DNA from: Bacteroidales bacterium
GTDB taxonomy: Bacteria; Bacteroidota; Bacteroidia; Bacteroidales; VadinHA17
DNA length: 64,000 nucleotides
Direction: 5' to 3'
Assembly (NCBI GenBank): GCA_038325595.1
Contig: JBBQJD010000003.1
Location: forward strand, 2,528-66,527
This document shows positions 44,710 through 56,595 of the stretch, piece by piece (the first letter of the stretch is position 1; each line of letters starts with the position of its first letter). A model generated the notes under the pieces. It was not told where the DNA came from and did not search any database. It saw only the letters and a list, made by a program, of their open reading frames with translations. The translations under genes and the position numbers were made by a program.

Positions 44710-44855
44710 CAACACATTTTTCTAAAAACAAGCATTAAACTCCACTTTTTTTAACACGATTTCAACATCTTTTAATAATATATGTTAATTACGTCGTAAA
44801 CGGCCATTATACAACGATTTAGGATATTACCAACAGGGGGGTATGTTAATTAATT

Positions 44856-44897
44856 AACAGGGCTTAAATCAATAAAACAAGGGCATTCATCAATAAA
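44856..44897. repeat. Two tandem 21-bp direct repeats
   Basis: AACAGGGCTTAAATCAATAAA / ACAAGGGCATTCATCAATAAA, 16 of 21 identical, read directly. Confidence 0.7.
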
Positions 44898-44984
44898 GTG
44901 GCTCTTTGGGAAATAAGCAGGCATGTGATAATCAAATTATGATGCTAAAGAGCAGTATTTGATCATGTGATTGAGGAATCATTT

Positions 44985-45024
44985 TACCGCAGAGGGCACA
45001 AAGAAAAATGAGAACGCAAAGTCT
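44985..45024. repeat. Short dispersed GCA(G/A)AG-type element, copy 2
   Basis: TACCGCAGAGGGCACAAAGAAAAATGAGAACGCAAAGTCT; compare 33157-33199. Confidence 0.3.
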
Positions 45025-45042
45025 TTTACATAAAAAAAGTAA

Positions 45043-45066
45043 AAGGCTGTCGTTTCCGGCAGCCTT
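45043..45066 (-). terminator. Candidate intrinsic terminator after eno
   Basis: Stem AAGGCTGxCG / CGxCAGCCTT with a 4-nt loop; on the minus strand followed by TTTACTTTTTTTATG. Confidence 0.6.
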
Positions 45067-45085
45067 CAAAATAAATTGAGGATTA

Positions 45086-46435
<1,350 letters not shown>

Positions 46436-46462
46436 CTTTAAATTATTTCGTAAACATTTTGT

Positions 46463-47011
46463 TTATTCTTCTGGAACCGTTTCACCAGCTTTATCTTCAG
46501 CTTTTTGTTCGGTTTTTTCAGCTTTTTCAGCTTTTGCTTTTGCAGTTTTGGGAGCGTTACCTTCTCCGGCGGCAGCTTCATCTTTCTTCTTTGGAGCTCT
46601 TCTTCTTCTTGTAGTTTTTGTTTTTGCAGCTTCACCACCACCCAACATAGCTTCATTGTAATCAACAAGCTCAAGAATGCACATATCTGCATTATCACCG
46701 ATTCTGTTGCCGGTTTTTAAGATACGTGTGTAGCCACCCGGCCTCTCTCCGACCTTTGGTGATACATCCCTGAACAATTCAGCAACAGCCGTTTTGTCTT
46801 TCAGATAACTGAATACCACTCTGCGTGAGTGAGTGGAATCTTCCTTCGATTTAGTTATGAGAGGTTCAACATAAGTACGCAATGCTTTAGCCTTGGCTGT
46901 AGTAGTACTGATCCTTTTATGCAGGATAAGCGATGCAGCCATGTTGGCAAGCATGGACTTCCTGTGTGAACTTGTTCTTCCTAAATGGTTAATAACTCTT
47001 GAATGTCGCAT
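46463..47011 (-). CDS. rplQ: 50S ribosomal protein L17 with Lys/Ala/Glu-rich C-terminal tail
   Basis: 182 aa; [31 protein letters not shown]; tail of about 55 aa ..[55 protein letters not shown]. Confidence 0.95.
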   Translation of the reverse strand: MRHSRVINHLGRTSSHRKSMLANMAASLILHKRISTTTAKAKALRTYVEPLITKSKEDSTHSRRVVFSYLKDKTAVAELFRDVSPKVGERPGGYTRILKTGNRIGDNADMCILELVDYNEAMLGGGEAAKTKTTRRRRAPKKKDEAAAGEGNAPKTAKAKAEKAEKTEQKAEDKAGETVPEE

Positions 47012-47039
47012 TTCTCTATTTCCTTAACCAGTTTTCAAA

Positions 47040-48032
47040 TTAATCTTTTTCCAATTTATACCTGCTTACATCCATACCGAATGAAAGGCTCATTGATTCG
47101 AGCAGTTCATCAAGTTCGGTGAGCGATTTCTTTCCAAAATTCCTGAACTTAAGCAAATCATTTTTATTAAACTTGACAAGATCGCCAAGTGTTTCAACTT
47201 CTGCTGCTTTAAGGCAGTTAAGTGCTCTTACGGAAAGATCGAGATCAACCAGCTTGGTCTTAAGCAGCTGTCTCATATGCAGTACTTCCTCATCAAATTC
47301 CTCATTAGCCATCTTGTCATCCGAGTCAAGAGTAATCTTCTCATCGGAGAAAAGCATAAAGTGATAGATCAGAATTTTGGCTGCTTCTTTAAGAGCATCT
47401 TTAGGATGAATTGATCCGTCAGTTTCTATCTCAAAAAGAAGTTTCTCATAGTCAGTCTTCTGTTCAACACGGTAATTCTCAACCGCATATTTCACATTTC
47501 TGATAGGAGTAAAAATAGCGTCTATGGCTATCAGTCCGAATTCGCTGTCAACCGGTTCGTTTTCTTCAGCAGGAACATAGCCTCTGCCTTTGCTGATGGT
47601 TACTTCCATCTGCATTTTCACGTCCGTTTCCATTCTGAAGATAACGAGTTCGGGATTCAATACCTCGAAATTACTCAGAGCGTTATTGAGGTTTCCGGCT
47701 TTAAAAACATCCTGACCACTTACCTTAAGAGTTATCTTTTCATGATCAATGTCTTCAACTGTCCTTCTGAAACGTACCTGTTTAAGGTTCAGTATTATTT
47801 CGGTAACATCCTCCATAACACCTGTTATGGTAGAGAACTCATGGTCTATGCCTTCGATTTTCACAGTTGTGATAGCAAAACCCTCAAGTGAAGAGAGAAG
47901 GATTCTTCTCAATGCATTGCCGACAGTAATACCATAGCCAGGTTCAAGCGGACGGAATTCGAATTTTCCGTGTTTGTCGTCCGCTTCCAGCATTATTACT
48001 TTATCCGGCTTCTGGAATGATAAAATGGCCAT
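47040..48032 (-). CDS. rpoA: DNA-directed RNA polymerase subunit alpha
   Basis: Track ORF trimmed to [12 protein letters not shown]...; [12 protein letters not shown]-terminal domain with [12 protein letters not shown]. Confidence 0.95.
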   Translation of the reverse strand: MAILSFQKPDKVIMLEADDKHGKFEFRPLEPGYGITVGNALRRILLSSLEGFAITTVKIEGIDHEFSTITGVMEDVTEIILNLKQVRFRRTVEDIDHEKITLKVSGQDVFKAGNLNNALSNFEVLNPELVIFRMETDVKMQMEVTISKGRGYVPAEENEPVDSEFGLIAIDAIFTPIRNVKYAVENYRVEQKTDYEKLLFEIETDGSIHPKDALKEAAKILIYHFMLFSDEKITLDSDDKMANEEFDEEVLHMRQLLKTKLVDLDLSVRALNCLKAAEVETLGDLVKFNKNDLLKFRNFGKKSLTELDELLESMSLSFGMDVSRYKLEKD

Positions 48033-48051
48033 AGAATTTTTTCTTAATTTA

Positions 48052-48660
48052 TTATTTAGAATACAGTTCAACGATAAGTTGTTCCTTTATGTTTTCGGGA
48101 ATGTCAGTACGTTCAGGCAGACTCATGAACTTACCTGCCATCTGAGCGTCGTCCCACTCAAGCCATGAGAGCTTTGAGTATTTTTTTGAAGAGAGTGAAT
48201 CACCTATAGCTTCAAGTGATTTTGATTTTTCACGAACTCCGATTATATCACCAGGCTTAAGCTGATATGAAGGTATATTTACAACTTTTCCATTGACTGT
48301 AATATGACGGTGTGAAACGAACTGGCGTGCACTTGCTCTTGTTGGAGCCACGCCCAGTCGATAAACCACGTTATCAAGACGTGATTCAAGAAGCTGAAGA
48401 AGCACTATACCTGTTACACCTTTTGTTCTGGAAGCTTTTTCAAATGCATTCCTGAACTGGCGCTCAAGGATTCCGTAGGTATATTTTGCTTTTTGTTTCT
48501 CTTTCAGCTGAACACCGTATTCCGAGGTTTTTTTCCTCTTCTTGTTCATTCCATGCTGGCCCGGAGGGAAATTCTTCCTTTCCAGGTGTTTGTCGGGACC
48601 GAAAATAGGTTCACCAAATTTTCTTGCTATTCTTGTTTTTGGGCCGGTATATCTTGCCAT
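48052..48660 (-). CDS. rpsD: 30S ribosomal protein S4
   Basis: 202 aa; [21 protein letters not shown]4 domain [10 protein letters not shown]. Confidence 0.97.
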   Translation of the reverse strand: MARYTGPKTRIARKFGEPIFGPDKHLERKNFPPGQHGMNKKRKKTSEYGVQLKEKQKAKYTYGILERQFRNAFEKASRTKGVTGIVLLQLLESRLDNVVYRLGVAPTRASARQFVSHRHITVNGKVVNIPSYQLKPGDIIGVREKSKSLEAIGDSLSSKKYSKLSWLEWDDAQMAGKFMSLPERTDIPENIKEQLIVELYSK

Positions 48661-48698
48661 CGTCTATTTATTTATAACTTTCAAATATTCAATATTAT

Positions 48699-49088
48699 TT
48701 ATACTCTTCTTCTGCCGGGTGCTCTGCATCCGTTATGAGGCATGGGTGTAACGTCAACTATTTCAAGTACTTCGATACCAGTATTACTTATTGATCTGAT
48801 TGCTGATTCTCGTCCTGACCCCGGTCCTTTTACAAATACCTTGACTTTTCTTAATCCAAGATCATACGCCACTTTACCGCATTCTTCAGATGCCATCTGA
48901 GCAGCATAAGGGGTGTTTTTCTTGGAACCTCTGAATCCCATTTTGCCTGCGGATGCCCATGAAATCACCTGACCTGAATTATTGGTAAGAGTAACAATAA
49001 TATTATTGAACGATGAATGAACATGTGCCTGGCCTGTGGGTTCAACCTTAACGACCCTCTTTTTTAATGCTCCAGTCTTCTTTGCCAT
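48699..49088 (-). CDS. rpsK: 30S ribosomal protein S11
   Basis: 129 aa; [27 protein letters not shown]. Confidence 0.97.
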   Translation of the reverse strand: MAKKTGALKKRVVKVEPTGQAHVHSSFNNIIVTLTNNSGQVISWASAGKMGFRGSKKNTPYAAQMASEECGKVAYDLGLRKVKVFVKGPGSGRESAIRSISNTGIEVLEIVDVTPMPHNGCRAPGRRRV

Positions 49089-49095
49089 AATCTAT

Positions 49096-49473
49096 TTATT
49101 TAGTAGCTTTTTTCTTGTTTGCAACAGTTTTCTTTCTTCCTTTTCTGGTTCTGGCGTTATTCTTGGTGCTCTGACCTCTTACAGGGAGACCAATTCTATG
49201 ACGAACACCGCGGTAACAACCGATATCCATAAGCCTTTTAATGTTCATCTGGGTTTCTGACCGCAGTTCCCCTTCGAGCTTATAATTATCATTAAGGATT
49301 CTGCGAATGTCATTGATCTGGGCATCTGTCCAGTCCTGAACCTTGGCATTTCTGTCCACGCCAGCCTCATCGAGTACTCTCTGAGCAATGCTTCTGCCAA
49401 CTCCATAAATGTAAGTCAGGCCAACTTCGCCTCTTTTATTTCTTGGTAAATCTACACCAACAATACGTGCCAT
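49096..49473 (-). CDS. rpsM: 30S ribosomal protein S13
   Basis: 125 aa; [35 protein letters not shown]. Confidence 0.97.
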   Translation of the reverse strand: MARIVGVDLPRNKRGEVGLTYIYGVGRSIAQRVLDEAGVDRNAKVQDWTDAQINDIRRILNDNYKLEGELRSETQMNIKRLMDIGCYRGVRHRIGLPVRGQSTKNNARTRKGRKKTVANKKKATK

Positions 49474-49509
49474 ATAACTTTTCTTAAATAATTTGCAAAA
49501 TTAGTTAAA

Positions 49510-49626
49510 TTATCCCTGTCTCTGCTTGAACTTGGGATTTTTCTTATTAATTACGTAAATGCGTCCTTTTCTTCTGACGATCTTACAGTCAGCGCTGCGC
49601 TTTTTTACAGATGCTCTTACTTTCAT
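49510..49626 (-). CDS. rpmJ: 50S ribosomal protein L36 (Cys-poor form)
   Basis: Below the ORF-track cutoff; hand translation [38 protein letters not shown]. Confidence 0.95.
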   Translation of the reverse strand: MKVRASVKKRSADCKIVRRKGRIYVINKKNPKFKQRQG

Positions 49627-49640
49627 TACCTTAATATTTC

Positions 49641-49859
49641 TTATTTATACCTGAATGTTATTCTTCCTTTTGTTAAATCGTATGGAGACATTTCAACCTT
49701 TACTCTATCGCCTGGCAGGATCTTAATATAATGCATTCTCATTTTCCCTGAGATATGTGAGGTTATCACATGTCCGTTTTCGAGTTCAACCCTGAACATC
49801 GCGTTGGAAAGAGCTTCAATTATAGTACCATCCTGCTCAATTGATGATTGTTTAGCCAT
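49641..49859 (-). CDS. infA: Translation initiation factor IF-1
   Basis: 72 aa; [29 protein letters not shown]...[16 protein letters not shown]. Confidence 0.97.
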   Translation of the reverse strand: MAKQSSIEQDGTIIEALSNAMFRVELENGHVITSHISGKMRMHYIKILPGDRVKVEMSPYDLTKGRITFRYK

Positions 49860-49862
49860 ACG

Positions 49863-50642
49863 TTATAGTTTATTTAATACTTTTTCAATATACTCGAAAG
49901 TGGTTAAAACATCTGCTTTGCCCTTATCAACGGCGACTGCATACTCAAAATGTGCTGAAGGCCGCCCGTCAGCTGTCTTGATAGTCCAGCCGTCATTCAT
50001 CTGGAAAGTTTCCTTTTTTCCTGCATTAATCATAGGCTCGATACAGATCACAAGTCCTTTTTCCATTTTGGGTCCGGTGCCTTTCCTTCCCCAGTTTGCT
50101 ACTTCGGGCTGTTCATGCAGCTTTCTTCCCAGGCCATGACCGACAAGCTCCCTTACTACAGAGAAACCACCGCTTTCAGCAGTTGACTGGACAGCGAATG
50201 AGATATCTCCAATCCTGTTTCCTGCAACAGCTTCCTTAACCCCTTGTTCGAGAGAAGCCCTGGTATACTTCAGAAGAAATTTGTTCTCTTCTGATATTTC
50301 TCCGACGGGAAAAGTGTATGCACTATCGCCATAATATCCTTTCAGGATCACTCCGCAGTCGACAGATATTATATCTCCCTCCTGAAGAACGTAGTCCGAA
50401 GGAATGCCATGAACCACTTCGTCATTGACTGATGTACAGAGCGTGTTTGGAAACCCCCCGTATCCCTTGAATCCCGGAACCGCACCGTTGTCACGGATGA
50501 ATGTTTCTGCAATTCCATCAAGATAAAGAGTGGTAACCCCGGGTTTAATAAGTGAAGCAATCTCTGCAAGTGTTCTTGACACCAGTAAATTGCTTTCCCT
50601 CAACAATCCGACCTCTTCATCAGTCTTTAAATACAACATCAA
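49863..50642 (-). CDS. map: Type I methionine aminopeptidase
   Basis: 259 aa; VVHGIP, GDIISVDCG, YYGDSA, LVGHGLG, VICIEP metal-site motifs. Confidence 0.95.
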   Translation of the reverse strand: MMLYLKTDEEVGLLRESNLLVSRTLAEIASLIKPGVTTLYLDGIAETFIRDNGAVPGFKGYGGFPNTLCTSVNDEVVHGIPSDYVLQEGDIISVDCGVILKGYYGDSAYTFPVGEISEENKFLLKYTRASLEQGVKEAVAGNRIGDISFAVQSTAESGGFSVVRELVGHGLGRKLHEQPEVANWGRKGTGPKMEKGLVICIEPMINAGKKETFQMNDGWTIKTADGRPSAHFEYAVAVDKGKADVLTTFEYIEKVLNKL

Positions 50643-50657
50643 AGAACGCTAAACTGA

Positions 50658-51986
50658 TTATGCTGATGTAACAGCACCTGTTCTACCCTTAATACGGCCT
50701 GATTTCATCAGTCCATCATAATGTCGCATAAGCAGATGACTCTCAATCTGTTGTAACGTGTCAAGTATAACCCCTACAAGAATGAGAAGTGATGTTCCAC
50801 CATAAAATTGCGCAAATTGCGGTGTAACTCCTGCTTTCACTGCAACAGAAGGAAGAATTGCAACCAGTGCAAGGAAAAGTGAACCCGGGAATGTGATCCT
50901 CGACATGATAGTATCGAGAAATTCAACTGTTTTCCTGCCAGGTTTGATTCCCGGAATAAATCCTCCGTTCTTTTTCATATCCTCTGCCATCTGTACAGGA
51001 TTGATCGTGATTGCAGTGTAGAAATAAGTAAATACAACTATCAGCAATGCTGTAACGAGGTTGTACCAGAATCCGTACATGTTTGAAAATGCCACAACGA
51101 ATCCTGAACCTGAATTTGAATATCCTGCTATTATAATCGGAAGCATCATTATAGCCTGGGCAAAAATGATCGGCATTACACCGGCAGCATTAACCTTGAG
51201 GGGTATATACTGGCGAACTCCGCCATATTGTTTGTTTCCGATAATCCTGCGTGCATACTGTACCGGAACCCGCCTTGTACCCTGTACAAGAAGTATTGTA
51301 CCCAATACAACGAGGAACAGGAACAAAATTTCAACTATAAGCGCAATTGCTCCTCCTGCTCCGTTCATTCTTGTTCCTGCTTCAAAAATGAAGTTTGCAG
51401 GCAGACGGGCTACAATTCCAATCATGATAATCAGTGAAATGCCATTTCCTATTCCCTTATCTGTAATTTTTTCTCCGAGCCACATTACAAACATAGTTCC
51501 TGCTGTAAGAATAATTACCGATGAAATGGTAAAGAATGTTCCCTGCAGGATAAATGCTGATGCAGGAAGCTGTGCATGAAGGTTAACAAGATAAGTAGGT
51601 GCCTGCAATATAAGAATACCAACTGTCAGATACCTGGTATACTGGTTCATTTTGCGGCGTCCGCTTTCTCCCTCTTTCTGCAATTTCTGGAAATAGGGAA
51701 ACACAATGCCAAGAAGCTGCACCACTATGGATGCTGATATGTAAGGCATGATTCCGAGGGCAAAAATTGAAGCCTGTGAGAAGGCACCTCCGGAGAACAT
51801 ATCGAGCAGACCCATAATTCCGGAAGATGTCTGACTTTTCAACCCTGCCAGCTGGGAAGGGTCAATGCCCGGAAGTGTAACATATTTACCCAACCGGTAT
51901 AGTAAAATAATTCCAAAAGTATAGATCAGCCTTGCGCGCAGATCTTCAATTTTAAAAATATTTTTTATTGTCTGGATCAGTCTCAT
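50658..51986 (-). CDS. secY: Preprotein translocase subunit SecY
   Basis: 442 aa; 10-TM pattern; GIMPYISASIVVQLL, GEKITDKGIGNGISL. Confidence 0.97.
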   Translation of the reverse strand: MRLIQTIKNIFKIEDLRARLIYTFGIILLYRLGKYVTLPGIDPSQLAGLKSQTSSGIMGLLDMFSGGAFSQASIFALGIMPYISASIVVQLLGIVFPYFQKLQKEGESGRRKMNQYTRYLTVGILILQAPTYLVNLHAQLPASAFILQGTFFTISSVIILTAGTMFVMWLGEKITDKGIGNGISLIIMIGIVARLPANFIFEAGTRMNGAGGAIALIVEILFLFLVVLGTILLVQGTRRVPVQYARRIIGNKQYGGVRQYIPLKVNAAGVMPIIFAQAIMMLPIIIAGYSNSGSGFVVAFSNMYGFWYNLVTALLIVVFTYFYTAITINPVQMAEDMKKNGGFIPGIKPGRKTVEFLDTIMSRITFPGSLFLALVAILPSVAVKAGVTPQFAQFYGGTSLLILVGVILDTLQQIESHLLMRHYDGLMKSGRIKGRTGAVTSA

Positions 51987-51989
51987 GAA

Positions 51990-52436
51990 TTACAGTATTA
52001 CAGCAGTTCCCTTTTTTGCTTCTATTGCTTCGACAGCTGATTTGCTGAATGCATGCGCATGAACTTCAATCTTTTTCTCAAGCGTACCTTTTCCGAGTAT
52101 TTTTACTTTGGCATTTTTGGAAACAAGTCCTGCCAGTATCAGCACTTCAAAATCGATTTTCTCGAGATTATTATCTTCAGCCAGTGACTGGAGGGTACTT
52201 ATATTGATACCCTTATATTCCTTACGGTTAATATTCTTGAAACCATATTTCGGAACACGTCTCTGAAGTGGCATCTGGCCTCCTTCAAATCCGACTTTCT
52301 TACTGTAGCCTGATCTGGATTTTGCGCCTTTATGTCCTCTTGTCGATGTGCCGCCTTTACCGGAACCCTGACCACGTCCCAAACGTTTACCTTTTTTAAC
52401 TGATCCTTTAGCAGGTCTTAAGTTACTCAAATCCAT
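51990..52436 (-). CDS. rplO: 50S ribosomal protein L15
   Basis: 148 aa; LRPAKGS.K..KRLGRG.GSGKGGTS.RGHKG. Confidence 0.97.
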   Translation of the reverse strand: MDLSNLRPAKGSVKKGKRLGRGQGSGKGGTSTRGHKGAKSRSGYSKKVGFEGGQMPLQRRVPKYGFKNINRKEYKGINISTLQSLAEDNNLEKIDFEVLILAGLVSKNAKVKILGKGTLEKKIEVHAHAFSKSAVEAIEAKKGTAVIL

Positions 52437-52465
52437 GACTTTGATCTATAAATATGTTTAATACC

Positions 52466-52645
52466 TTAAATATTCTCTACTACAACCAAATGTCTGACTT
52501 TCACTACCATACCTAAAATCTGAGGGGTAGCTTCATGTTCGACGCTATGGTTTAATTTGCGGATTCCGAGGGCTTCAAGAGTTCTTTTCTGCCTTTCCGG
52601 TTTTCCGTTTTTGCTTTTCACCTGAGTGATGCGAATCTTTGCCAT
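52466..52645 (-). CDS. rpmD: 50S ribosomal protein L30
   Basis: Below the ORF-track cutoff; hand translation MAKIRITQVKSKNGKPERQKRTLEALGIRKLNHSVEHEATPQILGMVVKVRHLVVVENI*. Confidence 0.93.
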   Translation of the reverse strand: MAKIRITQVKSKNGKPERQKRTLEALGIRKLNHSVEHEATPQILGMVVKVRHLVVVENI

Positions 52646-52659
52646 TATAATGTACTTTA

Positions 52660-53175
52660 CTAACCGTTAAAAACTTTTTCCATTGCAATACCTCTGTGTT
52701 CAGCAACAGAGAAGGCATCTCTCATTTCCAGCAGGGCTGCAAAAGTTGCTTTTACAAGGTTGTGAGGGTTTGATGAACCTTTTGATTTTGCCAGCACGTT
52801 CTTCACTCCCACGCTTTCAAGTACAGCACGCATAGCACCACCAGCTTTGACACCGGTTCCATCAGATGCTGGTTTGATAAATACCTTGGCACCACCGAAT
52901 TTTGCTACCTGCTCATGAGGTATCGTACCGTTAATAACAGGTATTTTTATCAGGTTCTTCTTTGCATCTTCGATGCCCTTTGCAATAGCTGTCGTTACTT
53001 CACTTGCTTTACCCAGGCCGTGACCAACAATTCCATCTTCATTTCCAACCACAACAATGGCTGAGAAGCTGAATGTACGTCCACCTTTTGTAACTTTGGT
53101 CACTCTCTGGATGCTTACAAGCCTGTCCTTAAGTTCGAGATCGCTGGTTTTAACTTTTCTTATACCGTTTCCCAT
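52660..53175 (-). CDS. rpsE: 30S ribosomal protein S5
   Basis: 171 aa; [33 protein letters not shown]. Confidence 0.97.
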   Translation of the reverse strand: MGNGIRKVKTSDLELKDRLVSIQRVTKVTKGGRTFSFSAIVVVGNEDGIVGHGLGKASEVTTAIAKGIEDAKKNLIKIPVINGTIPHEQVAKFGGAKVFIKPASDGTGVKAGGAMRAVLESVGVKNVLAKSKGSSNPHNLVKATFAALLEMRDAFSVAEHRGIAMEKVFNG

Positions 53176-53181
53176 AATTCA

Positions 53182-53541
53182 TTAGAATTTTAATCCGCCT
53201 TCGCGGGCTGCATCAGCCAATGATTTTACTCTGCCATGATATTTATAACCGCTTCTGTCGAAAATGACTTTCTCAATTCCCTTGTCTTTACATTTAGTGG
53301 CGAGAAGCTTTCCTACGAGTTTAGCCTGTTCAATTTTTTTTATACCTGTCTGGGCTGAAACCTCTTTTTCTTTAGAGGATGCCGACAGAAGAGTTACTCC
53401 ATTCAGGTCGTCAACAACCTGAACATAGATCTGTTTATTGCTACGGTAAACTGCAAGACGCGGTGCTTCAGGTGTTCCGTTTATTTTCTTTCGGATCCTC
53501 ATTTTGATCCGTGTTCTTCTTTCTAACTTGGTTAAGGCCAT
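53182..53541 (-). CDS. rplR: 50S ribosomal protein L18
   Basis: 119 aa; [40 protein letters not shown]. Confidence 0.97.
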   Translation of the reverse strand: MALTKLERRTRIKMRIRKKINGTPEAPRLAVYRSNKQIYVQVVDDLNGVTLLSASSKEKEVSAQTGIKKIEQAKLVGKLLATKCKDKGIEKVIFDRSGYKYHGRVKSLADAAREGGLKF

Positions 53542-53562
53542 GATTTCTTTACTTTTACCAGA

Positions 53563-54117
53563 TTATACACTAGCAGATTTTCCAGCCTTCCTTCTGAGCT
53601 GTTCTCCAACAAACTTGATTCCTTTTCCTTTGTAAGGTTCAGGCGGACGGAGTGATCTGATCTTTGCTGCAACATGTCCGATAAGTTGCTTGTCGATTGA
53701 TTTAAGGGTGATAATCGGATTAGCCCTTCTTTCAGTCTTTGTTTCGACCTTAATTTCATCGGGAAGGAGGATATTCACTTCGTGTGAAAAACCGAGACTC
53801 ATCTCAAGGTTTTGTCCCTTTGCTTCAGCACGGTAACCAACACCTACAAGTTCCATTTCCACTTTATATCCTTCCGATACACCAACAACCATATTGTGTA
53901 TCAAAGCGCGGTAAAGACCATGCAGTGATTTATGGCTTTTTGATTCTGATGGGCGCGATAATACTACTTCGTTTTCCACCACTTCCACCTTCAGATCAGG
54001 ATTGACTGCCTGAGTCAACTGTCCCAAGGGGCCTTTCACACTAACCACATTAGTGTCACTTATGCTTACAGTGACTCCTTTTGGCAGGTTTACAGGTAAT
54101 TTTCCTATTCGTGACAT
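53563..54117 (-). CDS. rplF: 50S ribosomal protein L6
   Basis: 184 aa; MSRIGKLPV.LP.GVTV, PEPYKGKGI. Confidence 0.97.
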   Translation of the reverse strand: MSRIGKLPVNLPKGVTVSISDTNVVSVKGPLGQLTQAVNPDLKVEVVENEVVLSRPSESKSHKSLHGLYRALIHNMVVGVSEGYKVEMELVGVGYRAEAKGQNLEMSLGFSHEVNILLPDEIKVETKTERRANPIITLKSIDKQLIGHVAAKIRSLRPPEPYKGKGIKFVGEQLRRKAGKSASV

Positions 54118-54134
54118 TTTAAATTATCCTCCTA

Positions 54135-54533
54135 TTAGTAAACGTAACATAATACTTCACCACCGATTTTCTCTTTTTTAGCCTCTTTATCAGTCATTAA
54201 ACCTCTGGAGGTTGAGATGATCGCAATTCCGAGACCATTCAATACCCGTGGCATTTCATCAATACCTATATACTGACGCAGACCCGGTCTGCTGACTCTC
54301 TGAATCTCCTTTATTGCAGGTTTTTTGCTCTTTGAATTATATTTGAGAGCAATTTTCAGGATTCCCTGCGGACCTTCACCATCAATAACCTTATAGCTGA
54401 GGATATAACCTTTTTCGAACAGGATTCTGGCAACCTCTTTCTTAAGATTGGATGCTGGTGCTTCAACAACCTTATGACCGGCCATAATGGCGTTCCTTAT
54501 TCTGGTCAGTAAATCTGCTATTGGATCAGTCAT
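54135..54533 (-). CDS. rpsH: 30S ribosomal protein S8
   Basis: 132 aa; [24 protein letters not shown]. Confidence 0.97.
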   Translation of the reverse strand: MTDPIADLLTRIRNAIMAGHKVVEAPASNLKKEVARILFEKGYILSYKVIDGEGPQGILKIALKYNSKSKKPAIKEIQRVSRPGLRQYIGIDEMPRVLNGLGIAIISTSRGLMTDKEAKKEKIGGEVLCYVY

Positions 54534-54571
54534 CTTTAAATTATTTATTATTGTTTATATTTATTTTCAAA

Positions 54572-54841
54572 TTACCAGCTTGCTTTCTTGATACCCGGTA
54601 TAAGGCCTGAGAGTGCCATTTCCCTGAATGTAATCCTGCTGATACCAAACTGCCTGATATACCCTCTGGGGCGCCCGGTGATCTTGCAACGGTTATGCAT
54701 CCTGTTGGGATTTGAATTTCTTGGCAGGCGGCTTAATCCGATATAGTCACCATCGGCTTTGAGCTGAGCTCTTTTTGCAGCGTATTTCTGAGAAAGTTTT
54801 GCGCGTTTTACTTCGCGGGCTATCATTGATTCTTTAGCCAT
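54572..54841 (-). CDS. rpsN: 30S ribosomal protein S14 (long, Cys-poor form)
   Basis: Track ORF trimmed to [13 protein letters not shown]...; [23 protein letters not shown] end; 89 aa. Confidence 0.95.
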   Translation of the reverse strand: MAKESMIAREVKRAKLSQKYAAKRAQLKADGDYIGLSRLPRNSNPNRMHNRCKITGRPRGYIRQFGISRITFREMALSGLIPGIKKASW

Positions 54842-54845
54842 ATTT

Positions 54846-55397
54846 TTAGTTTTTAGTATTTTTAAATGGTAAACCAAAATATTTCAGAAGGGCGAATGCT
54901 TCCTCATCGGTCTTCGCAGATGTAACAAAGGTTATCTGCAGTCCCATAATCTTAGCAATCTTATCGAGGTCGATTTCGGGAAAGATAATCTGTTCGGTTA
55001 TTCCCAGGGTATAATTGCCATGGCCGTCAAGCTTTGAGCTGATGCCTTTGAAGTCGCGGATACGCGGAAGTGCAACTGAGATAAGTCTCTCGAGAAACTC
55101 ATACATCTTATCGGTGCGTAATGTTACCATTATACCGATAGGCATGTTTTTTCTCAGCTTGAAGTTAGAGATATCTTTTGTCGAATAAGTCTGAATGGCT
55201 TTCTGCCCTGCAATATCGGTCATCTCTTTGACACCATATTCAAGCAGTTTTTTGTCGGCAATTGCCTGTCCGACTCCCTGGTTAATAACAATCTTTTGCA
55301 ACTTCGGAACCTGCATTATGGTTTTATATCCGAATTCCTTCATTAACGACGGGATGACCTCTTCTTTATACTTGGTTTTTAGCGCAGGTATGTACAT
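54846..55397 (-). CDS. rplE: 50S ribosomal protein L5
   Basis: 183 aa; [31 protein letters not shown]. Confidence 0.97.
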   Translation of the reverse strand: MYIPALKTKYKEEVIPSLMKEFGYKTIMQVPKLQKIVINQGVGQAIADKKLLEYGVKEMTDIAGQKAIQTYSTKDISNFKLRKNMPIGIMVTLRTDKMYEFLERLISVALPRIRDFKGISSKLDGHGNYTLGITEQIIFPEIDLDKIAKIMGLQITFVTSAKTDEEAFALLKYFGLPFKNTKN

Positions 55398-55720
55398 TAC
55401 TTGATCTCCTCTCCTGATTTTTTTGAATAACGCACTAATTTATCTTTTTCATTAAGTCTCTTGCCCACACGGGTGGGTTTACCGGAAGTCGGATCAATGA
55501 GCATAAGATTCGAGATATGAACCGGTGCTTCTTTTTTAATGATTCCACCCTGGGGAGCTTTTGAGTTAGGTTTGGTATGTTTTGATACCATGTTGATACT
55601 TTCAACGATCGCTCTGTCTTTATCTCTGTCGACTTCGAGAACACGGCCTTTCTGACCCTTTGATTCGCCGGTTATCACCATAACCGTATCACCCTTTTTA
55701 ATATTGATTTTCTTCTGCAT
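55397..55720 (-). CDS. rplX: 50S ribosomal protein L24
   Basis: Track ORF trimmed to [28 protein letters not shown] (KOW motif); stop overlaps the rplE ATG by 1 nt (TAATG). Confidence 0.95.
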   Translation of the reverse strand: MQKKINIKKGDTVMVITGESKGQKGRVLEVDRDKDRAIVESINMVSKHTKPNSKAPQGGIIKKEAPVHISNLMLIDPTSGKPTRVGKRLNEKDKLVRYSKKSGEEIK

Positions 55721-55739
55721 TGTTGTCTGTTTAATATAG

Positions 55740-56105
55740 TTACAACACTTCAGGTGCCAATGAAACAATCTTCATGTACTTGTCGCGTAATTCTCTTGCT
55801 ACCGGGCCAAAGATGCGGGTTCCGCGTACTTCGTTCACGTTGTTCAGAAGAACTACTGCGTTATCGTCAAATCTTATATAAGAACCATCGGCACGCCGTA
55901 TCTCTTTCTTAGTTCTCACTACAACAGCCTTGCTTACTGTTCCTTTTTTTGCTTCACCTGAAGGAAGTGCGGACTTCACACTCACCACAATTTTATCGCC
56001 TACTGTAGCGTATCTTTTCTTGCTGCCACCGAGTACCCTGATGCATAATACTTCTTTCGCCCCTGAGTTGTCGGCTACGGTTAACCTGCTTTCCTGTTGT
56101 ATCAT
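55740..56105 (-). CDS. rplN: 50S ribosomal protein L14
   Basis: 121 aa; [27 protein letters not shown]. Confidence 0.97.
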   Translation of the reverse strand: MIQQESRLTVADNSGAKEVLCIRVLGGSKKRYATVGDKIVVSVKSALPSGEAKKGTVSKAVVVRTKKEIRRADGSYIRFDDNAVVLLNNVNEVRGTRIFGPVARELRDKYMKIVSLAPEVL

Positions 56106-56107
56106 GA

Positions 56108-56368
56108 TTACTTAGCTCTTTCGATTATTTCAATTAATCTCCAGGTTTTATTTTTGCTCAGAGGCCTGGTCTCCGAGATACGTACTGTATCGCCTATATT
56201 GCATGTATTTTCTTCGTCATGCGCCATCAGCTTTTTTGTTCTGTTTATAAATTTGCCGTAGATAGGATGTTTTACTTTCCTTTTAACTGCAACGACGATG
56301 GATTTGTCCATTTTGGTACTGACAACAACCCCTATACGTTCTTTTCTGAGATTCCTTTCCATTTCCAT
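56108..56368 (-). CDS. rpsQ: 30S ribosomal protein S17
   Basis: 86 aa; [22 protein letters not shown]...R.KK..AHDE.N. Confidence 0.95.
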   Translation of the reverse strand: MEMERNLRKERIGVVVSTKMDKSIVVAVKRKVKHPIYGKFINRTKKLMAHDEENTCNIGDTVRISETRPLSKNKTWRLIEIIERAK

Positions 56369-56375
56369 TTGCTGA

Positions 56376-56582
56376 CTAGCTATTTGATTTTGTATTCAAC
56401 TCTCTTTTACGCAATTCGGTTAACAGACGAGCAATCGTAAGTTTCACTTCTTTAACCTTCTGCGGGTTATCGAGAGGAGTGATTGCATGGTTAAGCTTCA
56501 TACGAACGAGCATTGTCCTCTCAGTATCGATTCTTTCGAGAAGATCCGGTGTGCTTAATTCTTTTATCTCTGAAGTTTTCAT
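56376..56582 (-). CDS. rpmC: 50S ribosomal protein L29
   Basis: 68 aa; position between rplP and rpsQ; [32 protein letters not shown]. Confidence 0.9.
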   Translation of the reverse strand: MKTSEIKELSTPDLLERIDTERTMLVRMKLNHAITPLDNPQKVKEVKLTIARLLTELRKRELNTKSNS

Positions 56583-56595
56583 CTCTGTTTAAATA

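Noticed and set aside
46438-46698. 86-aa minus-strand ORF rich in K/L/Q/E
   Set aside because: Alternative frame of the low-complexity L17 tail. The L17 frame is continuous with the conserved core.
51061-51579. 172-aa plus-strand ORF
   Set aside because: Antisense to secY; shadow ORF.
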